From a virus (lineage: Duplodnaviria; Caudoviricetes), in the IMG/VR virus record IMGVR_UViG_3300050135_000024, positions 1 to 62,271 of that record: a stretch of 62,271 bases of DNA. The stretch is one strand, 5' to 3'. The translations under genes were made by a program, and so were the position numbers. How positions within the stretch are numbered: the first letter of the stretch is position 1; each line of letters begins with the position of its first letter. Positions 27,982 to 38,000 of the stretch are shown here, piece by piece. A model generated the notes under the pieces. The model was not told where the DNA came from. It searched no databases and was given only the letters and a program-made list of their open reading frames with translations.

Positions 27982-28529
27982 CTGAGAGTCCTTTCCTTTT
28001 CGATCAACAGGAGGCATCTATGTCACTCGGGAACGTCGGCGTGAAAGAAGCGGACGTGCCCGCAGTTGGGGCAGATGGCGGCGTAGAGAGGCATCCCGAC
28101 CGGCTGCTTCTGACCGGGCTTGGTCACGACGGAGAGGAAGTACGTGTCCTCGGCGACCGTCCGTTGAACATCGAGACCGCACGCCTCGCACCGCGCGAGG
28201 AACTCCTTCGCGTCGAGCTTCGCTTTGGTCCCTTCCGGCTGCGTGTCCGCGCCAGGATCCTTGCGGACCCGGTCAGCCGGCATCTCGGCTGGCCGGAGCG
28301 GGGGTTGCTCTGAGTCCTCACCCGACACGGCTGAGAGCCTTCGCGGTTGCGCGCACAACTATCGCGCGGGTTGGAACAGGGGCGTAGACTCGTCTGCGCA
28401 TCGGGAGCTCGTATCTCCTGGTGTAAGCCCCCGGTGACGTCTGTGGCGAAGCCGGGGGCGCTGTGTGGGCGCGTAGTTTAGACGAAGGTGTCGAACAATC
28501 GTCTTTACACGAATTGCTGGGCGACGCGA

Positions 28530-28557
28530 AGTCGTCATAAGGTTTGTTATCGAGCGT
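28530..28557 (-). other. dif-like Xer site C
   Basis: acgctcgATAA-caaacc-TTATgacgact; left arm 10/11 identical to sites A and B. Confidence 0.6.
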
Positions 28558-28641
28558 CGCCGCCGAGATGTCGAAAACGACGGCTGACGGGCAGCGGCAC
28601 CCGCGTCTAGCGTTGCGAGACAGCAACCAGAAAGAAACGCC

Positions 28642-28815
28642 ATGCCTGCAACTGCGCCGTTCCACACCAGCGAGGACGAGGACCATCCGGTCTACCACGA
28701 CAACTCCGCTTGCGCGTTTGGCAAGGAGATCATCGCGAACGATCATCGGGTCGCTGGCGATGACGACCGGGATCGGTGCAAAGAGTGCGCGCGTCTGCAC
28801 CGTCAGGGGCGTTAG
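28642..28815 (+). CDS. Small Cys/His protein (57 aa, not in ORF track)
   Basis: MPATAPFHT..VYHDNSAC..G......RCKEC. Confidence 0.6.
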   Translation: MPATAPFHTSEDEDHPVYHDNSACAFGKEIIANDHRVAGDDDRDRCKECARLHRQGR

Positions 28816-29338
28816 CCTCCCGCCAACGCAAGAACTCTTCGCGGTCACGAACCTCCTGGGCATTCCATGCCTCACGTAGCTCGGCGAGCCGGCGAGGATG
28901 GAAGACGATCGACCACGTTGGATGGTCTTCGGGACAGCCGTCCTCGATACGCCAGCTGCGCGTGATCTCCATCACGGGCATTCCGTAGTCGTTCGCTACG
29001 TCCAGAGCCTTCCAAGGCTGGCGGCCGATATCCACCGTGGGGTAGGGATAGGCGTGGCCGTCCCCTCCCTGGCACGACTGGCGCGTTTCGATCCCGTGCT
29101 CCATAAAAAGCCGCACGACATGAGCGATCCCCGGATCGATGCGTTCGCCTCGGAAATGCTCCAGCGCCCAGGCGTAGTCGCTCTGGAGGTCCAGGTTGGG
29201 TCCCTCGCGCCAGCCCGGCTCCCTTGGCGTCTCGGCATCTTCGAGGGCATGCAGCTGCTCGCGCGGCAGACTCATCGCGTCCAGCCACCACTCGGGCACA
29301 TCATCGCGAGTGCGACGATGCTCTCCGTCGCCGCTCAT
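28730..29338 (-). CDS. Hypothetical protein
   Basis: IDPGI...V......GIET.QSCQGG.GH motif seen in phage proteins. Confidence 0.55.
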   Translation of the reverse strand: MSGDGEHRRTRDDVPEWWLDAMSLPREQLHALEDAETPREPGWREGPNLDLQSDYAWALEHFRGERIDPGIAHVVRLFMEHGIETRQSCQGGDGHAYPYPTVDIGRQPWKALDVANDYGMPVMEITRSWRIEDGCPEDHPTWSIVFHPRRLAELREAWNAQEVRDREEFLRWREANAPDGADARTLCTDPGRHRQRPDDRSR

Positions 29339-29402
29339 GCTTCCGCCACTAGGCTTATGTCAACGGGCCACGGAAATAGCCTGCAAATACGCGCTTTCTG
29401 CA

Positions 29403-29430
29403 ACGCGCGATAATGCATGTTATGGCAGCG
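29403..29430 (+). other. dif-like Xer site B
   Basis: acgcgcgATAA-tgcatg-TTATggcagcg; shares a 23-bp exact repeat with site A. Confidence 0.55.
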
Positions 29431-29514
29431 ATGAGCCCCGCGAAGCAGTCCCCGGGCGCCCTTGGACGGGGCCTTGTGCCTAACGCCAGACGACTGCTTC
29501 GCGGGGCTCATCGC
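29428..29514. repeat. Perfect 23-bp inverted repeat with 41-nt loop
   Basis: gcgatgagccccgcgaagcagtc / gactgcttcgcggggctcatcgc. Confidence 0.85.
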
Positions 29515-29723
29515 CCTGGGCTGACGCGATAGCGAACCGAGTGTTCGCGCTTGGCCCGAGTGAGCTGTCCTTGTGCGACGAGTTCGGCGAGCTTGCGGTG
29601 GACGATGTTGGGGCTCACGCCTGGCATCTGCCGGCAGATCTGTCGCGCGGTCGGCCAGTCGCCGCCGGGTTCGCGTGCGGCGGCCTCAACAGCGTCGAGG
29701 ACGGCTTGATCTTGGACGGTCAT
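29508..29723 (-). CDS. Winged-HTH protein
   Basis: PTARQIC...VSPNIVHRKLAELV.QG.L. Confidence 0.6.
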   Translation of the reverse strand: MTVQDQAVLDAVEAAAREPGGDWPTARQICRQMPGVSPNIVHRKLAELVAQGQLTRAKREHSVRYRVSPGR

Positions 29724-30442
29724 CGCCCAGCCCCGAACAGCTCGGGTGCCATGCGCCGCAGGAGATCCTCGGGCGCCTCGACGTGCTGCAGGACGCCCTC
29801 GGCGCCGCAGAATGGGCACCAGCCGCTCTCGGGGAGGGGGTCGTGGTCGTAACCCCAAGCGCGAGGCTCAGCCGGTACGCCCCACGCTCCGGTCTTGCAG
29901 TGCGGGCATTCGTAGCTGAGCATCGTGCGGTCGCCGCCGTTTGGCGCGCACCGCGCTGGCGCATCGGACGGGGCGCGGAAGATGCCGCGCGAGACGTAGA
30001 GCGCCCGTCGCGCGGCGAGGTCGTCGCCGAGGGCAAGCTGGTCGTCTACCCAGCTCATCGAGGCACCGTGATGGGCTGGAGGGCGGCTCGGATCTCGTGC
30101 AGCTCCAGGGCGATTGAGGCCAACGCGAGCGGCGTGACGAGATGCGCGGCGATGTAGGCCAGCTTCTTTTCGTCGGCGTCGGCGTACTGCTCGATCGCCC
30201 GTATGAGTCTGGCGTGTACGTCGTCCTGTGCCGTCATGGCGTCTGCTTGGGTGGTTGTGGGCCGCTCTTGACGATCGCGCTGGTGACGGGCGCAGCGTTC
30301 GCCAGCGCCTGCGCTTCACAAAGACGGTCTGCGCCGTTCCGGTCGCGTACTGGTAGGTGGGCGTGGATGAGGGCGACGCAGCCGTACAGGGCGCCCGCGG
30401 CGCCAAGCACGCCGGCACATAGCGCCACGACGGCAAGGGTGC

Positions 30443-31192
30443 TCACGATGCGACCTCCCCCTCTGGCTCCGTTGTAGCTGCGAGCGCAGCACGGGCTTGG
30501 TCGATGAGCTTCGTGAGCGAGATTGTCTGTCGGGTGGACCGCGCCTCGGGCATATCCAATGCGACGACGAACTCTGCGAACTGCCTCAGCTTGGCCTGCT
30601 GGCGCTCCAACTGGATCTGTTCTCGCTCGGCCCGTTCGGCTCGCTGCATCTGCTTGGTGAGGTCGCGGTCGATGACGCGGTAGGAGTCGAGCCGTTCAGC
30701 GGCCAGGGCCTCGGCTGCGTGTGCTCGCTGCTCCATGTCTGCCGCTGCCTCGATCGCGGCGACCTTCCGATCCTCGGCGTATTCGGCGCGGGCGACCTGA
30801 GTGCAGAAGTCAGGCCATGCCAATAGTCGGCTTGGCCAGTGGGGCACCTCGCCCGCGAGGTTGTACATCTGGATCTTCTCATGCTCTTGCGGATCTGCGG
30901 CCTGCTGCTCGACATGACGCTGCTCGACGGCCTGCGCATCCCGGCTGCGAATACTCCGTAGATGGCAATCAAGGTCACTCGGGAAGGTCCATCGGCCACC
31001 GCAAGCGCACGTCAGATCGCCAGTCGCTTCATGCTCAACGTCTCTCGAGCGCTCGTAGGCGATAGCGGCACGCCACATATGCAGGTAAGGCGTACCCGAC
31101 CGAACGTAGTCAGAGGGCAGAATCGCCAGCGCATTCTTGAGCGCAGACTCCATCGCGTCGCGTTCTACCGGCGATAGCTCCCGGTCAGGCAT
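30443..31192 (-). CDS. Hypothetical coiled-coil protein
   Basis: Part of the coupled leftward operon 29508-33435. Confidence 0.5.
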   Translation of the reverse strand: MPDRELSPVERDAMESALKNALAILPSDYVRSGTPYLHMWRAAIAYERSRDVEHEATGDLTCACGGRWTFPSDLDCHLRSIRSRDAQAVEQRHVEQQAADPQEHEKIQMYNLAGEVPHWPSRLLAWPDFCTQVARAEYAEDRKVAAIEAAADMEQRAHAAEALAAERLDSYRVIDRDLTKQMQRAERAEREQIQLERQQAKLRQFAEFVVALDMPEARSTRQTISLTKLIDQARAALAATTEPEGEVAS

Positions 31193-31829
31193 CAGGCAAC
31201 GCCCCTGCACAGATGCGAGCCGCCTTGGCCAAGCGTTCCCAGCGGGTTGCTCGCCGCAATAGCTCGCGACGCCAATAAGGGCCGGTGGCGTGGTGCATCG
31301 GTCCCTCGCCAGGGCGATACGGCGCATTCCACACGACGCCATGAATAGACCGCGCTGCTGCTTCAACCTCGGGAGCGAGAACTCGGGGTTGGGTGTCCTC
31401 GGAGGGCATCACCAGCGTGCCCGTTCCTCGGCGAGCGCCTTGGCGTCGGCGAGCTTGTACCCCGTTGCCTGCCTCGCCAAAGCGAAGCGCTCGGGGTGCG
31501 AACGCCCCGGCGATTCGCACAAGACGTTCTCGCCAGCTACCGGTCTGGTGTTGCAGGGCTTACCCTTGGCGCCGCACACTGGGCACTTGACCTTGCGCGG
31601 CGTGACGCTTTGCGTGGTCATCGCGTGTGCTCCCGTTCTTCGGCGTCGGCCTGCTGCTCGAGCGCGATGTCGGGCCTCAGCGTCCTGCAGCAACTCCATT
31701 CGCCGCTCGAACGCTGCCTCGTCTTCGCCGAGCGCCGCGTCAAGCATGTTCGAGTAGTGATCCAAAGCAGCCGGGGTTGGTCGCTGGTCCTGCTCTCGAT
31801 AGCGCTGGACCACCGCGGGATCTATCAGT

Positions 31830-32474
31830 TCATGGCCGAGGCACATGGGTTTCTCCTTCAGGTCGTGGAGCGGGCAAGGTTGGGTGCGGCGGCGGACCGA
31901 GCGGGTCAAGCCTGCGGAGGCCGTCGCGCCGGCCGGATGCGAGCGCGGCGATCTGGCGGCTGTCGGTGGCGTCGACCATCGAGTCCCAGGCGTCGTGTAG
32001 CTCGTGAACGCGGGCTGGCCCCCACTCGTCGTCGAGCGCGCCAGCGAGCCGCTCCCAGCCCTGGACGGCCACGAACCGCTGCACGGTGGGATGCGTATGC
32101 GCGAGGGCGGCCTGACGAGCATTGTCGCGCAGCGCGCGGTCGCTCACGTCGCTGAGAAACGTGGTCCCGGCCGCCGCGAAGTGCTGGCGCCGCGCGTCGG
32201 CGTAGCCGGGCGCGGTCAGCGCGCGGCGGATGAGCAGCCACGCCTCGTCCCACGTCGGCGCTGAGGGGTCCTGTCGCGCTGCATGCTGGAGCTCGCCAGC
32301 GGAGGGCGGGAACTTCGACTCAGACGACCGCATCGCCTGGATCGCGCCGTCGGGCGTAATGCCGTGCGCCTGCAGCTCGGCGACGTAGGCGGCGATCGCC
32401 TCACGCCCCCAGCCGGCGACCTGCGACGGCCATGAGCCGAGCAGCACCTGCCCCACGTCCATCCAGTCGCTCAC
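31830..32474 (-). CDS. Putative helicase loader/inhibitor-like replication protein
   Basis: KFPPS.GEL...P.WDEAW pattern; follows the initiator gene. Confidence 0.5.
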   Translation of the reverse strand: MSDWMDVGQVLLGSWPSQVAGWGREAIAAYVAELQAHGITPDGAIQAMRSSESKFPPSAGELQHAARQDPSAPTWDEAWLLIRRALTAPGYADARRQHFAAAGTTFLSDVSDRALRDNARQAALAHTHPTVQRFVAVQGWERLAGALDDEWGPARVHELHDAWDSMVDATDSRQIAALASGRRDGLRRLDPLGPPPHPTLPAPRPEGETHVPRP

Positions 32475-33322
32475 GCCGAAAACCCCATTGCTCGCAGCAG
32501 GTCCGATGGCGACTCACGCCGTGCGGCCGCAGCGGGCCTGCCGATGAAGCTCTCCAGCTTGGTCGCGTTGCGGCAGATTAGCTCGATGTCGTCGAAGCGC
32601 TTGCCGGCCTCGTTTACGAATGCGCCTCTTGCCGCACCGTCGATCGCTTCCTGGATCTGCGGCGCCGTGAAGCCTTCGCGCAGCCGACCCTCGATCTTGC
32701 CGCGCCGCTCGGGGCTCAGCTTCGCCTGGGGGTGCCCACATTGCTCTTGCCAGTAGGCGAACAGCTCGCGGACGCCAGTAGTGCTAGCCGTCTTCTCTCG
32801 GGCACGTGGCAAACGCCACTCTGAGACGGCCGGAAACCCTTCGCGGCGGTCCTCGACGCCGAGCCGCACGCGCGCCCGCTGTAGCGTCCGTACGGCGATG
32901 TTCTCGGCCTTCGCTCGTGCCTTGATCTTCCCGCTCGCCACCCATTCGCCGTCGGCGAGCTCACCAGAGAGCCATTGGGCCGCAATGCCACAGTTGTGCC
33001 CAGTTGTGCCCAGTTGTGCCACAGTTGTGCCAGCGGTTGTGCCACTCCCCTGAACCCTCGTGGTGTCCCTCATCGCCTTTCTCGCGTTCTCCGTAATCGC
33101 TCTACTCACTGCTCCACGCTTCCGACTCTTAATGGCGCGTCGCGGTTGAGCCTGACGCTCCGACGATCGCCGCGTCGGGCTCAACTTCGCATTGACCGCT
33201 GAGAACTTCATCGGGAACTCGACAGCTTTCCGCAACCAGCGGTTTCGTCTCGACTCCACTCTTCCGGGCCAGGAACGGCAGCATCCGAGCGAGCGATCGC
33301 CTCGTCTCGCTCTGCCACCCAC
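32471..33322 (-). CDS. Putative replication initiator (start uncertain)
   Basis: C-terminal LFAYW...R..KI..RL.EG.T..QI..AID domain typical of phage initiators; internal iteron-like repeats. Confidence 0.6.
   Translation of the reverse strand: MGGRARRGDRSLGCCRSWPGRVESRRNRWLRKAVEFPMKFSAVNAKLSPTRRSSERQAQPRRAIKSRKRGAVSRAITENARKAMRDTTRVQGSGTTAGTTVAQLGTTGHNCGIAAQWLSGELADGEWVASGKIKARAKAENIAVRTLQRARVRLGVEDRREGFPAVSEWRLPRAREKTASTTGVRELFAYWQEQCGHPQAKLSPERRGKIEGRLREGFTAPQIQEAIDGAARGAFVNEAGKRFDDIELICRNATKLESFIGRPAAAARRESPSDLLRAMGFSA
32991..33043. repeat. Iteron-like tandem repeats (CAGTTGTGCC x4 plus a variant), candidate origin
   Basis: Copies at 32991, 33001, 33011 and 33022, and a variant at 33034. 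Confidence 0.7.
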
Positions 33323-33593
33323 ACTTCGACGGCATCAAGCGCGTAGCTCGCTTCGCCGCGCTCGACCGCTCGCTTGACCGCGTCTGCGACATCCTCGGGG
33401 ATGACCCGCTTCTTCGGTAGGCTGCTGCTCGTCACGACGACTCCAATTCGTTGTGGCCGGGCGCCCGTGTGAGACCGGGCGCCCTTTATGCGTCTACTGC
33501 GAGACTACTCCGACCCAGGCAAGATGTCAATTGCGTGCGCAACGACCGTCGGGGGCGGCGCAGTCGTGCGACTCGCTGGTAGGCTCAGCAGGC

Positions 33594-34145
33594 ATGACCG
33601 AACTCGAAGATGGCCGAAGCGTTGACCGGCGACTCGATGACCTCGAGCGAGACCTGCGCGACGTTAGGCGCGCGATACATTCAATCAAGGAGAACCAGAT
33701 GTCAGAGCAGGAGCAGTTGGGCGCGCTCGAAACCGCCGTCGCCAAGGTCGGCGAGGACCTCGCGACCACACGAAGCACGTTGCAGGACGAGCTCAACACC
33801 TTGCAGGCGCAGATCAACGCGGGCGAACAGCCAAACCTCGCCAACCTGACTGCGGCCGTGGCCACGCTGGATCCAGCGGTGGAGGCTCTCGCCGCGCTCA
33901 AGCCCGAAGCGGCGCCGGCGCAGCCGACCAGCGAAACCGTTTCCGTGCCGATCGCCGCGAACGGCGAAGGGAGCATCCAGATCCCGCACCCGGTGGCGCA
34001 GGTCACGATCACCACCGGACCAGTTACCGGCACGGCGACGCTTTCCGAAGTCGCAGAAGCCTCGCCGCCCGCAACCACGCTGACCATCGTCGGGGCGTCG
34101 CCCGAATCGACACAGACCGTCGTCCTCTCCATCGCAGCCGAGTAG
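33594..34145 (+). CDS. Coiled-coil hypothetical protein
   Basis: TAGGCT -10-like box just upstream; alternative start 33699 after AAGGAG. Confidence 0.6.
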   Translation: MTELEDGRSVDRRLDDLERDLRDVRRAIHSIKENQMSEQEQLGALETAVAKVGEDLATTRSTLQDELNTLQAQINAGEQPNLANLTAAVATLDPAVEALAALKPEAAPAQPTSETVSVPIAANGEGSIQIPHPVAQVTITTGPVTGTATLSEVAEASPPATTLTIVGASPESTQTVVLSIAAE

Positions 34146-34161
34146 CAAACGTCTGGCGAAT

Positions 34162-34196
34162 CGCCCCCGTCTCTTCACTGGAGGGGACGGGGGCGC
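34162..34196 (+). terminator. GC-rich hairpin after 34145
   Basis: cgcccccgtctcttc / gaggggacgggggcg. Confidence 0.55.
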
Positions 34197-34463
34197 GCAG
34201 CTATCATCCGGGCGCTGGCCGGTGTACTGGAGTGGCTACGCCAGGTGACGGCGCGGCAAAGCGGGGACGACCCTTTCTCGGCGCGCTCTTTGGCCCCGCC
34301 GCCTTCTATCGGCTGATCCCCGCGAGCTGGGGGATATCGGACCTGGGGCTGAGAGCGCGCACCACTTCCCCTACGCTGGGCGTCGTGACCACTCCGCAAG
34401 GAGCCCGGCACGATTGGCCGGGCTCCAGTGCGCTAGGGGGTCGCCATGTGAGGGTTAGGGCTC

Positions 34464-34862
34464 TTAGGCGACCCGCGAAGTCTGTTGTCTGCGCGCCTCG
34501 TCTGCTAGCCAGTGGCACGGACTGCACAGCCAGCGTATCTCCAGCGGCTTGCTGTAGTCGTCGTGATGGGCTTCAAGGCGCACCCCGGCGTTCCCGCAAT
34601 CATCGCAGGCAACAGGGCGGATGATGCGTTTCGCCCTGAGAGCGGCCCGTACGGCTAGGCCGGCTTTGAGCTGCTCCGCAGTAGCACGGACCTTTCTACG
34701 TCGCTCCGGGTGAGCATCGGTCCACCGCTTCGTTAGCCGACGTGTTCGGGCACGGTAGCAGTCCTTGCACTCACCACGTCGCCCATCGCGCGTTTTGGGG
34801 TTGAGGGGAAAGCTATCCAGGGACTTCACTCTCCCGCAAGTTTTGCAAGGCTTTTCAGCCAC
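34464..34862 (-). CDS. HNH-like zinc-finger endonuclease
   Basis: CKTC..CKDC and CDDC...AHHDDYSKPL.IRWLC..CH. Confidence 0.7.
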   Translation of the reverse strand: MAEKPCKTCGRVKSLDSFPLNPKTRDGRRGECKDCYRARTRRLTKRWTDAHPERRRKVRATAEQLKAGLAVRAALRAKRIIRPVACDDCGNAGVRLEAHHDDYSKPLEIRWLCSPCHWLADEARRQQTSRVA

Positions 34863-35471
34863 TTCGGGCGACCTCCGAAGACTCGGGATCGAAGTAGCCG
34901 CGCTCAGGATCGTCGGCGTCATACACCATCCAGTGCTCCTGGTGGAGACTGCTGTTCAGGCGACGGTGGCGTAGTCGGTCAAGCGCCTCGCCTTTGTCGG
35001 TGCCATAGCTCTGCACGTCGATCGGGTTGCCATCGCGGTAGACGACCGCGAGCGTGTAGTCAGCCATCCTTCAGCCCTCATGCAGCGCACATACCGACGC
35101 TGCGCGCTCCAGGAGGGGAACAATGTCGCATCGATCCACTGTCTCACGGCGACCGTGACGCCATTCGACCATGTAGTCGCAGCCCTCGTTGGTCGGGCCG
35201 TCCACGACGTGGCCCTGTCGTCCGTCTGGTCGATTCTCCCGGACCGCTTGGCCTATTTCGAACGAAGGCATGGTTTGCTCCTGTAGTTGCTCGGCCAGGA
35301 TGGTCAGTCGCTTTGTGATCTCACTCGCCATCCCTCAGCCCTCCTGTCCCGCAGGGGCGGCGTGGCCCTCGCAGTATTCCGTCCAGGACTGGCACTGAGG
35401 ACAGATGTTCGTGGAGATATAGAAGGCAGCGACCGCCGCGCTTACATCCTCGCCGCTGAGTGCGGACTCCA

Positions 35472-35720
35472 TCAGGCCGCATAGCTCGTTGAGCTGGCCG
35501 CGAAGCGTGCGGCCGTCGAAGTCGGGTCCCGGGTCTCGGCCTGCCGGCACCCGCAGCTAACCGTACGGTCGGGGCGCAACTGGTCCTTGCGCACGATGGT
35601 CTTGTTTCCGCAGTCGCAGAGGCACAGCCAGCGGGAGTGGCGGCCAGTATCCGACGGGCGCGGATTCAGCGCCCAAAGCCTGCCGAACCGCTGGAACGTC
35701 AAGTCGATTCGGGCGGCCAT
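35472..35720 (-). pseudogene. Truncated HNH endonuclease (N-terminal domain only)
   Basis: DLT.QRFGRL...WLCLCDCGN....L....SCGC with no nuclease domain; similar to the N-terminus of 38296-38832. Confidence 0.6.
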
Positions 35721-35749
35721 TGCTCAAACACCCTACGCTGGGAGGGCCG

Positions 35750-36823
35750 ATGCGTCTGCTGCTGATCCTCGCTAGTAGCGTCATTATGTTTCTGCTCGCC
35801 GGCTGTGGCGCGCACCCCTCGCGCCTTCCCTCCAAGCAGCCAGCGAGCACGAAAGTGTCGAGGCTCGAGCGAACTAACTCAACAACGACAACTTCGCCCA
35901 CGCTCACCTTCTCTGAGCCGAGTGGCCCGAAGTGCGTCACCCGCGTGCCTCCCTCGATGGGCGAATGCGTCCGCCAGGCGATGCAGGCCGAAGGCAAGAA
36001 GCTCGGTCTCGTCACGGCCACGGAGTCGCAGTGCGCGGACTGGTCGCAATGGCAAGGCTGGTATCCACAGACCGCGGGCCTTCATTGCGTCATCATCCAG
36101 GCCGCGTTCGGGCTGAACCAGGAGCCCTCTCTCCGCGAACAGATCCGCGACGCGCGCGACCACGGTCTCCCCTACGGCGTCTATGACTTCGGGGAGCCCG
36201 GCTTCTCCGGCGCCTCAGAGATGGCGTTCACGCACGAGCTCGTGCCTCACGCCCCGTTGGGCTACTGGTTCGACGCCGAGGTGTCCGGCGTGTTCTGGCG
36301 CTCCTGCGAGTTCACCAGCGAGGCGCAGGCTCTCGGCGTCCCGATCTTCGGCGTGTTCTCCTACCCCGGCGGATATGCGGCCGGCGGCGGTGGGCATTGC
36401 GCGGGCTACCTGTGGGCGAGCGAGTGGAATGTCGCCGGCCCGTCGCCGTTCGGCGGCTACCCCGCATCGGCGATCGTGCTCTGGCAATCCTGTGGCACCT
36501 GCTCGCGGTTCGGGGTGACGACAGACCTCGACCAGAACCGGGGGCTGATCGAACTCAACGAGAAACCCCCAAAGCCGAAGCCCAAGCCCAAACCGCCAAG
36601 CCGTGGCCAGCTCAAGCGGCAGCTCCACAGCGACCTCGCGACGCGCACGACACTCCGCGCGCTCGAGGCCAAGCACGACTGCCGCAACCCACCCTTCCAC
36701 CGTCCCCTGCCCGACACGGCCGGCTACCGGCACGCCTGCTACGGCGTGTGGGTCCCGCAAGGCAGGAGCACGGACAAGCAGATCGTCGCCCTCGAACACG
36801 AGCTGAGGCGGGCGCTCGCCTGA
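35750..36823 (+). CDS. Endolysin, GH25-like muramidase with lipoprotein signal
   Basis: LLAG-C lipobox; ADWSQWQG, GVYDF, FDAE, LWQ and DLD; PKPKP linker. Confidence 0.7.
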   Translation: MRLLLILASSVIMFLLAGCGAHPSRLPSKQPASTKVSRLERTNSTTTTSPTLTFSEPSGPKCVTRVPPSMGECVRQAMQAEGKKLGLVTATESQCADWSQWQGWYPQTAGLHCVIIQAAFGLNQEPSLREQIRDARDHGLPYGVYDFGEPGFSGASEMAFTHELVPHAPLGYWFDAEVSGVFWRSCEFTSEAQALGVPIFGVFSYPGGYAAGGGGHCAGYLWASEWNVAGPSPFGGYPASAIVLWQSCGTCSRFGVTTDLDQNRGLIELNEKPPKPKPKPKPPSRGQLKRQLHSDLATRTTLRALEAKHDCRNPPFHRPLPDTAGYRHACYGVWVPQGRSTDKQIVALEHELRRALA

Positions 36824-37035
36824 TGTTCATGGTCGTGGCGCGGGTCGAGATGCCGTTGGAGTCCTCGAGGCTCAAGGACTACTGGATCGACCCGGATGGG
36901 ACACCGCGATGCGAGGACGTGCCAGCCACCACGCGCGTCCACTACGGCCCGTTCGGCAGCGAGAGCGACGCGGCCGAGTATGCGCGGGTGGTCGATGGAC
37001 GCGTGCACGAGCTGGTGCTGCCGGTGACGGCCTGA
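36823..37035 (+). CDS. Hypothetical protein
   Basis: TGATG coupling. Confidence 0.55.
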   Translation: MFMVVARVEMPLESSRLKDYWIDPDGTPRCEDVPATTRVHYGPFGSESDAAEYARVVDGRVHELVLPVTA

Positions 37036-37289
37036 TGGGCGACGGCTTCAGCTTGGCTCTTGCGTTCGATCGCAGCGGCGCAGACGATCACCCGTTCGTC
37101 ATGGGCGTAGAGGTCGGCCGGCTGTGGGAGATGCTAAAGGACCCGGAGGGCTTCGAGCAGACGATCCACAGCGAGAACGTGGAGATGGTCATGCGGATCC
37201 AGGAGGCCACGGGCCGCGATATGCGCATCGAGGACCATGACGATGAGTGGTGCTTCCTGATCGTCGAGCCCGCCGAGGTCATCGCCTGA
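37035..37289 (+). CDS. Hypothetical protein
   Basis: TGATG coupling. Confidence 0.6.
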   Translation: MGDGFSLALAFDRSGADDHPFVMGVEVGRLWEMLKDPEGFEQTIHSENVEMVMRIQEATGRDMRIEDHDDEWCFLIVEPAEVIA

Positions 37290-37655
37290 TGGGCAAGAGC
37301 ACCAGCTGCATGCGGTGCGGCGCTCTACGCCCTGAGTAGCGCCCGGCGGCTTGCCAGACCGCGACCGGTTCCCAGGGTCGCCGACTCTTTCGGGGTCCAG
37401 TACGAGCGGTGCCCCAGGCATCTGAGCTACAGGCGCGCATCCGATCCTACCGGCCCGGCCCGTCGCCTTCGCCTCATCGATAGCCAGAGCGCCCCCGGCA
37501 ACCACCTCGCCGGGGGCGCCGACCCACCAAGGAGATCTGACCTCCCGATGAGCAATCCCAAAGGGCTACATCAGCAGAAGCTACCTAAACCCTCTAGTTC
37601 TGGACCTGGGCGGGGGCGCGTCGTGACCCCGCAGCCTGCGCCTGGGGGAGGCGAG

Positions 37656-38000
37656 ATGGAGACCGACCGCGAACGCGAGGACAAGGCCAAGCAGCTCGCT
37701 TATGAGCGCGGCCGGCGTGAGCAGCAGGTCGATAGCCGCCTTGATGGCCATGACAGGCATCTGAAGGCGATCAACGGATCGATCGAGCGAGGCGCCAAGG
37801 CAACCGAGCGGGTCGAGGACAAGGTGGACAAACTTTCCGAGCAGCTCCGTGTCGAGGGCGCCGTCTCGCGTGCCCTGGCGGAGCAGGCAACGAAGGCGAT
37901 CCAGAAACAGGTCTCCACCCGGGACTTCCGGATCGGCGTAGCAACAGTGGTCATCATGCTGCTCGGCGTGATCGTGGCGCTCATCGCGGCGGTGCACTGA
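37656..38000 (+). CDS. Coiled-coil protein with C-terminal TM helix (lysis-cassette membrane protein)
   Basis: INGSI coiled coil plus hydrophobic C-terminus; GGAGG RBS. Confidence 0.6.
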   Translation: METDREREDKAKQLAYERGRREQQVDSRLDGHDRHLKAINGSIERGAKATERVEDKVDKLSEQLRVEGAVSRALAEQATKAIQKQVSTRDFRIGVATVVIMLLGVIVALIAAVH

